DNA from: a virus
Lineage: Duplodnaviria > Caudoviricetes
DNA length: 30,925 nucleotides
Virus record (IMG/VR): IMGVR_UViG_3300028906_000010
Span: 1 to 30,925 of that record
Reading direction: 5' to 3' (one strand)
Shown: piece after piece, positions 24,913-30,925 of the stretch
How the letters are laid out: each line of letters starts with the position of its first letter
Numbering within the stretch: the first letter of the stretch is position 1
Notes under the pieces: generated by a model
What the model saw: the letters and a program-made list of their open reading frames with translations, nothing else
Told to the model about the DNA's origin: nothing
Databases searched by the model: none
Position numbers and translations under genes: made by a program

Positions 24913-25533
24913 TCAGTAGAGCGGCAGGAACCGCCGTTTCGGGTCGGGGTCGTTGCGGATGGCCTTGGCCACATAGGCGGCTGGTGAGCTGGTGACGCGG
25001 CGGCCGATGACCTCGTTGGCGATGCGGTCGGCCCATTCGGGCGTGATATGGCGGCCGGTGACTTCGAGAATGGTTTGCGTAATCGCATCGATCACGTCGG
25101 GACTGGCGCGGGTGCTACTGCCGTTACCGAGATTGACTACATCAACCACAGGATGAGGATCAGGACTGGATCCAGGAGACGCCCGTGTAGACGCGTCTAC
25201 AGACTGTCTACGCTGGCTCTCTCGCCAGCGTCTTTGTCTCTCTGCCTTGGACTTCCTTGCGTTGTCCACAGTCTCTGTGGACGGTATTTTGCACAAGCCT
25301 TCCTGCTGGAACCTGTAGCCGCCGCGTACCCGTTTCCATACCCGGGCCGCCGCCAGCTCCTTCGTCAGCTCTGGGGTGCCGCCGAGTGACGCCACAACAT
25401 GATCTGGCACGACATCGGTGAGATTCGCGCTCGACCATGCTCCTGCCGTCACCCATAGACCCCTTGCTGCCAGCGAGGTCGCCAGGACGCCGGGGTGAAT
25501 AGGGTAGCTGTCGCCTACGAGGAACCAGGGCAC
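24913..25533 (-). CDS. Putative phage replication initiator protein (206 aa)
   Basis: MPWFLVGDSYPIHP...ARGLWVTAGAWSSANLTD N-terminus of actinophage Rep-like proteins, AERQRRWRE helix, low-complexity linker with DNA palindromes. Confidence 0.75.
   Translation of the reverse strand: MPWFLVGDSYPIHPGVLATSLAARGLWVTAGAWSSANLTDVVPDHVVASLGGTPELTKELAAARVWKRVRGGYRFQQEGLCKIPSTETVDNARKSKAERQRRWRESQRRQSVDASTRASPGSSPDPHPVVDVVNLGNGSSTRASPDVIDAITQTILEVTGRHITPEWADRIANEVIGRRVTSSPAAYVAKAIRNDPDPKRRFLPLY
25141..25295. other. Putative intragenic replication origin
   Basis: Lower GC; palindrome TGTAGACGCGTCTACA (25186-25201); inverted repeat GTCCACAG-N3-CTGTGGAC (25264-25282); DnaA-box matches TTGTCCACA (25262-25270) and TTTTGCACA (25287-25295). 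Confidence 0.55.
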
Positions 25534-26025
25534 TCAGGCACCGTCCGGCAGGATGCCGTTCAGCCTGGCTATCGACGCGGTGTCACCGTGGCTGAGCGCC
25601 ACCTTGCGCATCCTGTACAGGCCGGTGACCCACTGCCTCTCGGTCATCGGCACCCATTCCCTGCCGCTCAGCCAGCCCTGGGCCGGCTCGTTCACGGGCA
25701 GCACCTTGAATGCCCATATGCCAGGCCAGTACCGGGCGATGAAGAATGGCAACTGCTCGCCGCGCTCGTTGTAGAGGCTCGACAGTGCCTTGAATGTGAA
25801 GCCGTTGGTGTTCCCAAGGGTTGCTCCCTGCCACTTGTAGTCGACGAGCACAACCGGGATTCCGCGGTTGAACTCGCACATGAGGAAGTCGAGGTCCACG
25901 GCCGGGCAGTTCTGGCCCCAGGCGTAGTGGCGTTCTGACAGCTCACGGTCATGAGCCATGCGGGCATCGGCGTTGACGCGCGAACCCCAGCTCGCATTCC
26001 TGCCGCCGATCGCTGAGGCGGTCAT
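25534..26025 (-). CDS. Putative PD-(D/E)xK nuclease-fold protein (163 aa)
   Basis: AVDLDFLMCE...PVVLVDYK; ATGA-coupled to the methyltransferase; function tentative. Confidence 0.55.
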   Translation of the reverse strand: MTASAIGGRNASWGSRVNADARMAHDRELSERHYAWGQNCPAVDLDFLMCEFNRGIPVVLVDYKWQGATLGNTNGFTFKALSSLYNERGEQLPFFIARYWPGIWAFKVLPVNEPAQGWLSGREWVPMTERQWVTGLYRMRKVALSHGDTASIARLNGILPDGA

Positions 26026-26804
26026 TGCAGCCGGCCTGCGGCGGTCTGGTAGTCGACGGCGCTTATTTCGCAGCCGATGAACTGACGGCTGAGCGAGAGC
26101 GCGGCGACGCCGGTCGTCCCGGCACCCATGAACGGGTCAACGATCAGTTCCCCGGGGCGGGTGAGCCGTTTCACGAGGTCGGCCATTCCTGATTCGGACT
26201 GGCCCCAGTGGTGCAGCCGCTTGTCGTTGTCGTTGACATCGCTCTTGGCCACGTCGCCGAACCACTCGGGCTGCGGGCCGTCGCCGTTGCGGTAGATCAG
26301 GACTGGCTTCCAGAACGTGTTGACTCTGCGCGGGAACACCTGCACGGCCTGTCCGCCCGGCGTGAGGTAGGCGAGCGTCCACCAGTAGTCGAGATGCTCG
26401 CCCAGGCGCGAGACGACCTCGGGCAGGTGGATCTGCCCGGACATGGCGGCGAGGACGCCGCCGGGCTTCAGCCACTTCGCCGCGTGCTCCGCAAGATCGC
26501 TCCAGAGCGGGAGGAACTCGCGCGGGTAGGGCGGGTCGGTGATCACCGCGTCGGCCGAGCCCGGAATCAGGTCACAGAGGGTGGTGCGAAAGTCACCAAT
26601 ACGCACATCTGCTGTAACATTCTGACCCGCTTTTTGTGACACCATGGATGCCGGTCTTGGGTGCCTTTCGTACCATTCCGCAAGATCTCGCTTGACGGTC
26701 ATGTGGCTGGCTTTGAGTTCCGCGGCGATCTGGCGCAGCGACCATCCTTGTGCGTCAAGCTCTGCCGCTCGCCGTCGACGCGTGGTAACGCGTTTCGCTG
26801 TCAC
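26022..26804 (-). CDS. HTH-fused N4/N6 DNA methyltransferase, beta class (about 260 aa; start uncertain)
   Basis: HTH GWSLRQIAAELKASHMTVKRDL; motif IV ITDPPY precedes motif I VDPFMGAGTT. Confidence 0.88.
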   Translation of the reverse strand: MTAKRVTTRRRRAAELDAQGWSLRQIAAELKASHMTVKRDLAEWYERHPRPASMVSQKAGQNVTADVRIGDFRTTLCDLIPGSADAVITDPPYPREFLPLWSDLAEHAAKWLKPGGVLAAMSGQIHLPEVVSRLGEHLDYWWTLAYLTPGGQAVQVFPRRVNTFWKPVLIYRNGDGPQPEWFGDVAKSDVNDNDKRLHHWGQSESGMADLVKRLTRPGELIVDPFMGAGTTGVAALSLSRQFIGCEISAVDYQTAAGRLQ

Positions 26805-26825
26805 GTCCTGGCGGCCGGTAACGCT

Positions 26826-26951
26826 CCGGCCTGCGCTCTGTGCGCCAGGTAGGGCCCCGCAGGCCGGGGACTCCAGTTCCGGCCTGCGGGGCGCAGCCCG
26901 GCGGGGGTCCGGGCTGCCGTGGGGGGCTCTTCCGCTGCCTGCTCTCAGCGG
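26826..26951. other. Cluster of GC-rich hairpins in an intergenic gap (terminator or structured RNA)
   Basis: 14-bp stem 26854-26867/26879-26892, 9-bp stem 26893-26901/26909-26917, 6-bp stem 26932-26937/26946-26951; no U-tract. Confidence 0.55.
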
Positions 26952-26967
26952 TGGCCGCGCCGCACGT

Positions 26968-27141
26968 CTAGGGCTGGTGGTCTCTCCAGCGGCCGAACGC
27001 TGCCCAGCCGTCCTCTTGCAGCCAGTCCCTGAACTGCTCGGCGTCGCTGTCACCGTTGAAGACGAGGAGGACTTCGTGGTCGGGCACGGTCTCGGTGAGA
27101 GTGCGCTGGGTGGGCATCTCGGGGAACGGGATCTCGGTCAT
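26968..27141 (-). CDS. Hypothetical protein (57 aa)
   Basis: Not in ORF track; ATGA overlap and GGAGG; MTEIPFPEMPTQRTLTETVPDHEVLLVFNGDSDAEQFRDWLQEDGWAAFGRWRDHQP*. Confidence 0.8.
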   Translation of the reverse strand: MTEIPFPEMPTQRTLTETVPDHEVLLVFNGDSDAEQFRDWLQEDGWAAFGRWRDHQP

Positions 27142-27467
27142 GTGGTTCCTCCGGTTGGTATGGCTGGGTCAGCGAGCGAGGCCGTGAGGCTGGCGACGAC
27201 GGCGCGGGTCTGCCACATCGACACCGTGTCGCCCTCGCCGCGCTCGACGACGCTGCCGGGGTCGCTGAGCGCGCGCAGGATGACGGCCTGGTCGAGGCCG
27301 CCGTGCAGGGCGCAGGTGCCGCCGAGGTACGGGTAGGCGGCTTCGAGCGCTTCCCTGGCCGCGCGGTCGTGCACGCCTTCCGAGACGCATTCGTCAAGGT
27401 CGAATTCGCAGGTGGCGATGTGGATGGCTTCGCCTGCGGCAGCGATGGCCGCTTGGGGTATGTCCAT
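27138..27467 (-). CDS. Hypothetical protein (109 aa)
   Basis: ATG behind GAGGAG; MDIPQAAIAAAGEAIH...AREALEAAYPYL. Confidence 0.78.
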   Translation of the reverse strand: MDIPQAAIAAAGEAIHIATCEFDLDECVSEGVHDRAAREALEAAYPYLGGTCALHGGLDQAVILRALSDPGSVVERGEGDTVSMWQTRAVVASLTASLADPAIPTGGTT

Positions 27468-27478
27468 GCGTGGTCTCC

Positions 27479-28324
27479 TCACGGTGTGCAGGTCTCCTCG
27501 AGGTCGAGGGTGGCGGCGAGCTGGAACGGCCGGTTGGACCACAGCACCTCGGTGCGCTCTTTCTGGGCGACCGCGTTGCCGGTGAACGCCTTCAGCTCGA
27601 CGCGGTCCCACGCGCTGTACAGATCGTCGTAGAGCGGGCTGTGGTAGCCGGACAGGACGACTGCGGCCCGGGCCGCGTGCAGGGCCTCGGCTAGCTCGAT
27701 GTGCTCGGCGGCGGTGCGCATTTCGCGGCTGTAGACCGCTCCGTGGCCACCGTGGGATCGGGTGCTGTCGAGGTAGGGCGGGTCAGCGTAGATGAGGACG
27801 CTGGGGTGCTTGCCGTAAGCGGCGATGACGTCGAGGGCCGGGCGGCACTCGAGCGAGACGCGGGAGATGCGCTGGGCGGCTGGCGGGATCCGGGCGGTGT
27901 AGGCCTCGAGGTACTGGGGCCGGCCCGCGCCGTTTTGCTTGGCCTCGTTGAAGCACCAGCCGGTGCGCTGGCCGAGCATGCCGCCGCGGCCCTGGGTGAG
28001 CCGCACCCAGATGCGCCGGGCCCGCTCGAGGTCGTCTAGCGGGTCGACGAGCGGTTCCAGGGAGACCTGGTGCTCGGCGCGGGAATGCGGGGTCAGCGCG
28101 CAGACGCGTTCCAGGTCCTGAGACCGGTCGCGGAGGACGCGCCAGAAGTTCATCAGCTCGTGCTCGAGGTCGTTGACCGTCTCCATGTGGCTGCGCGGCT
28201 TGGCCAGCAGCACGGCGAGCGAGCCGGCGAACGGCTCGACGTAGTGCTCGTGCGCGGGCAGCAGCGACACGATCTGCGGCGCGATCGAGGTCTTGCCGCC
28301 GAAGTAGGTGAACGGCGGTTTCAT
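27479..28324 (-). CDS. DNA adenine methyltransferase, Dam/D12 class (281 aa)
   Basis: MKPPFTYFGGK, YVEPFAGS, ETVNDL, YADPPY, VVLSGY, TEVLWSN. Confidence 0.93.
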   Translation of the reverse strand: MKPPFTYFGGKTSIAPQIVSLLPAHEHYVEPFAGSLAVLLAKPRSHMETVNDLEHELMNFWRVLRDRSQDLERVCALTPHSRAEHQVSLEPLVDPLDDLERARRIWVRLTQGRGGMLGQRTGWCFNEAKQNGAGRPQYLEAYTARIPPAAQRISRVSLECRPALDVIAAYGKHPSVLIYADPPYLDSTRSHGGHGAVYSREMRTAAEHIELAEALHAARAAVVLSGYHSPLYDDLYSAWDRVELKAFTGNAVAQKERTEVLWSNRPFQLAATLDLEETCTP

Positions 28325-28518
28325 GACCGCCGCCGTCCCCGGTAGCCTCCGTGCTGGCAGGCCCAGCGCGTGCACGGGCACTCGCCGCACGACGATCCTT
28401 CGCCGCCGAAGTGGCCGTGCATCGGGTGGTCGCAGTTCTCGCACGGGGTTTCGAGCGGGCAGGGCTCGAACGTGCCGAGCTGGTCCTGGTAGGGCGCTGG
28501 CGGCGCCGGGGCGCTCAC
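28321..28518 (-). CDS. Small Cys/His-rich Zn-binding protein (65 aa)
   Basis: Overlapping start/stop on both sides; CENCDHPMHGH...CGECPC. Confidence 0.75.
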   Translation of the reverse strand: MSAPAPPAPYQDQLGTFEPCPLETPCENCDHPMHGHFGGEGSSCGECPCTRWACQHGGYRGRRRS

Positions 28519-29054
28519 AGTGCCGGCCAGTTCACGGCGGCGAGCGCGGCCTTGTGGTCCGCGGGGACCTGCGCGAGCGGGTCGCCGTAGTGGTCGGCGG
28601 CCATCGCGGCGAGGACGAGCGCGTCGGCCTGGTCGTTGCCGTCGACGGGGATGTCGGCGTAGCGGCGGATCACGGCGGCGAGCACCTTGTCCTTGCCGGA
28701 CTTCGGTCCGGCGCCGGCCCCGGTGGCGTACTTCTTGACCTGCGACGGCGTGACGACGGCGTACGGGGTGCTGGTGCGCCACAGGCAGTGGGCGATGAGC
28801 CACCACAGGCCGGCCCGCTCGTGCGCCTTGCCGTAGTCGGAGCCGTACGACGGTCCTTCGATGACGACGAGGTCGGCGGCGAAGGCGCGGTTGCAGATCT
28901 CGTCGAACAGGTACTCCAGCCGCTCGTGGCCGGCGCGCTTGCCGGGGGTGATCGTGGCGAGCTTCACCTCGGTGCCGCACGCGCAGGCGTGGCGGATCTC
29001 GGCGAAGCCGGTCGAGGTGAGCGACAGGTCGAGGCCGGTGATCTGCTCAGGCAT
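28515..29054 (-). CDS. RuvC-like Holliday junction resolvase (179 aa)
   Basis: ITGLDLSLTSTG, VVIEG, VTPSQVKKYATG, DQADALVLA. Confidence 0.9.
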   Translation of the reverse strand: MPEQITGLDLSLTSTGFAEIRHACACGTEVKLATITPGKRAGHERLEYLFDEICNRAFAADLVVIEGPSYGSDYGKAHERAGLWWLIAHCLWRTSTPYAVVTPSQVKKYATGAGAGPKSGKDKVLAAVIRRYADIPVDGNDQADALVLAAMAADHYGDPLAQVPADHKAALAAVNWPAL

Positions 29055-29346
29055 TGTCGTCGAACGGGAGCGTGTGCTGGCCGGTGCGGACGTTGTGCGC
29101 CTCGAGGAGGATCTCGCGCGCGGTGATGATCGACCCCGCGCCGGTGATGGGCTCGATGTGGAGGATGGCCGCGGTGGGCACGACCTCGTCCCCGTCCTCG
29201 CTGGGCGTGGTGGTGATGGTCTTGGTGCGGATGATGGCGATGACGAAGTGGTTCTCGCCGGGCTCGTCGATGAGCTGCTGCTCGATGAGGGGCAGCCCGT
29301 TGGAGGTGATGGTGATGGGCAGTTTTGCGGCGATCTTGACGGTCAT
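29047..29346 (-). CDS. Hypothetical protein (99 aa)
   Basis: ATGA overlap and GAAGGA upstream; MTVKIAAKLP...TGQHTLPF. Confidence 0.8.
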   Translation of the reverse strand: MTVKIAAKLPITITSNGLPLIEQQLIDEPGENHFVIAIIRTKTITTTPSEDGDEVVPTAAILHIEPITGAGSIITAREILLEAHNVRTGQHTLPFDDNA

Positions 29347-29678
29347 GATGTGTGTTCCTTCCGGTATTCGTCGAGGTAGGCGACGACGTCCTGTGCGGCG
29401 GCGCGCTGGCCGTCTCCGTCGCGGGCGGGTGCGCACCGTGGTGATGTGGCCCAGTGCGGCATGAACCGCTTGTCGGGGAAGACCAGTGGCTCGCCGGGTG
29501 GTGAGGAGCGGGCGCGCCATCCGCCGTTGGCTTCGTGGCGGGCGGCGACGTTCCCGGCGGGGTCGGGCTGGTAGTTGAGGGCCTGCCTGGCGCCTTTGGC
29601 GGTGATGGCCCAGAGGATGCGGTCAAGGCAGGTGGGGCATTCGCTGTAGGCGCTCTGGCGGGCGCGGCGGGCGGTCAC
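29343..29678 (-). CDS. Zn-ribbon-like phage protein (111 aa)
   Basis: CPTC...ILWAIT...PDPAGNV...PHWATS; coupled on both sides. Confidence 0.78.
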   Translation of the reverse strand: MTARRARQSAYSECPTCLDRILWAITAKGARQALNYQPDPAGNVAARHEANGGWRARSSPPGEPLVFPDKRFMPHWATSPRCAPARDGDGQRAAAQDVVAYLDEYRKEHTS

Positions 29679-29860
29679 GGGTCGGCCGCGTACTCGGTGG
29701 TGTGCTCGTAGCGCACCTGGGTCGGATGGCCGGTCTCGCGCGTGTGCCGCCGCGCGCGCTTGCCCGCCTGCTCGGACCAGACGCCGTCAGCGCGGAACGG
29801 GCACCTGTCACACCAGGCGAGGGCTGGGCCCTTCCAGACGGTGCGCCGCAGGTCATCCAT
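29675..29860 (-). CDS. Small C2H2-type Zn protein (61 aa)
   Basis: CDRC...HTRETGH; overlaps neighbours. Confidence 0.75.
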   Translation of the reverse strand: MDDLRRTVWKGPALAWCDRCPFRADGVWSEQAGKRARRHTRETGHPTQVRYEHTTEYAADP

Positions 29861-30398
29861 CTGGCAGCACCCCGCCCGCCTGCTCGTAGTCCGCGAGCGT
29901 GCGCGGCGGGTGCGGCGGCGCGTCGTCCACCGTGATGAAGACCGGGCCGTCGTCGTAGCTCATGACCGGCTCGAACAGCACCGTGTTGAACCGGCCCTCG
30001 ACCCCTTCGAAGGTGAGGTAGGACGTCGAGTGGCCGACGTGCAGGCTGCTGACGGTGTAGACCTCACCAACGGTCAGGGCCTGCGCGGCGGTCTTCTGGT
30101 CGCCGTCCCATCCGTTGTCCGGGTAGGCGTAGCGGGCGTGTATCGGGAACACGGCGTGTGCCTGCGTGCCGCCGCCGTCCGCCTCGTCGACCTCGGCCGC
30201 CATCTCGCCTGCCTGCCGCGCCGCCTGCCAGACGGCCGACACGTAGAGCTGGGCGAACTCCTCGTTCGCGGAGCTGTCCAGCCGGATCAGCGTCTCCCCG
30301 GCCTTGATCGTGACCGCGTCGTGGTCGATGCCGACCTCGACCGGCAGGCCGTCGAGGTCGTAGAGCGTGCCGACGGGGCGGACGCGCGGGTCAGCCAT
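29853..30398 (-). CDS. Hypothetical protein (181 aa)
   Basis: Good codon bias; overlaps neighbours; SH3-like segment LTVGEVYTV...FNTVLFE. Confidence 0.78.
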   Translation of the reverse strand: MADPRVRPVGTLYDLDGLPVEVGIDHDAVTIKAGETLIRLDSSANEEFAQLYVSAVWQAARQAGEMAAEVDEADGGGTQAHAVFPIHARYAYPDNGWDGDQKTAAQALTVGEVYTVSSLHVGHSTSYLTFEGVEGRFNTVLFEPVMSYDDGPVFITVDDAPPHPPRTLADYEQAGGVLPDG

Positions 30399-30925
30399 CG
30401 GCCGGCCTGTCCTGGGTGGCCAGCAGCGCGATCAGCCGTCCCCGGTCCTTGCACCTGGCCAGCGTGTCGATCACGGCTTTGGCCTGGTCGGGGCTCAGGT
30501 CGCTGCTCGACGCGAGGTCGCCTTCGATCCCGGCGATGACGGCGGTTGCGACGAGGCGGTCGGCGCGTTCGTCGTCGCCGAAGCCGAGGCGCTTGAAGTG
30601 CTGGTGGATGATGCCGACCTGGCCGCTACTGGCGCGGCCGGCTGCGGAGCCATCCGGCGAACTCGGCGACGACGGCGAGGTCTCCTGCGGTCGGCGGTCT
30701 CGGCCCGCAGAGGAAGACTCCCCGCGGGAGCCGGTAGGGTCCGGCTCGTCCTCACCCGGCAGCGGCGGCAGCCCGGACGGGGCACTCTGCCCGGTCGCAG
30801 GGCCGACCGTGGGTGCCGAGGCGGCTGCAGGAGCCGCAGCGGTAGGGACCGGCTCTGCGGGCTTGTCAGCGGCGGTCCTGCGGCGGGCCGTGCGCTGCGC
30901 TGGCGCGGCCGCGGGTGCCTCGAGC
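30391..30925 (-). CDS. C-terminal part of a probable recombination/ssDNA-annealing protein (start outside window)
   Basis: Open frame from 30924 to TGA at 30391: Pro/Ala linker, LPPLPGE, then ASSSDLSPDQAKAVIDTL helical tail seen in actinophage RecT-like proteins; catalytic domain not visible. Confidence 0.55.
   Translation of the reverse strand, partial: LEAPAAAPAQRTARRRTAADKPAEPVPTAAAPAAASAPTVGPATGQSAPSGLPPLPGEDEPDPTGSRGESSSAGRDRRPQETSPSSPSSPDGSAAGRASSGQVGIIHQHFKRLGFGDDERADRLVATAVIAGIEGDLASSSDLSPDQAKAVIDTLARCKDRGRLIALLATQDRPADG

Larger units (their letters stand above)
1..30925 (-). mobile_element. Segment of a high-GC tailed phage or prophage (siphovirus-like), replication region through tail genes; both ends lie outside the window
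   Basis: Co-oriented, tightly coupled genes in the order replication/recombination, terS, terL, portal, MuF, protease, scaffold, MCP, neck, tail tube, chaperone, tape measure, tail; no sheath gene seen; no att site or integrase, so prophage versus free phage cannot be decided. Confidence 0.97.

Noticed and set aside
30910-30924. LEAPA at the window edge resembling the MCP motif
   Set aside because: Five residues in a Pro/Ala-rich linker; not followed by KLL
1-30925. tRNA, rRNA, CRISPR array, IS elements, integrase, lysis cassette
   Set aside because: No cloverleaf, repeat-spacer array, transposase, recombinase or endolysin motifs were seen by eye

Overview
The whole window is part of a high-GC, Actinobacteria-type long-tailed phage or prophage, transcribed almost entirely on the minus strand. 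Read right to left it contains early/middle genes (C-terminus of a probable recombination protein, small Zn-binding proteins, RuvC-like resolvase, Dam-type methyltransferase, HTH-fused N4/N6 methyltransferase with a PD-(D/E)xK-like partner, replication initiator with an intragenic origin-like patch), then small and large terminase, portal, MuF minor head protein, XkdF-type prohead protease, scaffold, a 652-aa major capsid protein (MCP), head-completion genes, tail tube, frameshifted tail assembly chaperone, tape measure, an SGNH esterase and a large minor tail protein cut by the window edge. No integrase, lysis genes, att site, RNA gene or CRISPR array is visible. Two observations stand out. 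(1) Four small accessory genes each carry a fragment resembling this phage's own MCP: the only plus-strand gene begins with an 11/15-identical copy of the MCP motif LAPIDLEGPAKLLVP, and three tandem genes between terminase and portal carry the MCP C-terminal V-H-P-Y-M-P-x-G motif; three of the four have leaderless-type promoter signatures, suggesting a capsid mimic/decoy system. (2) The same slippery sequence CCCAAAAGAG sits in -1 frameshift phase at the tail chaperone and at the portal/MuF junction, predicting a programmed portal-MuF fusion. All product calls come from motif recognition and gene order by eye; no database search was run.
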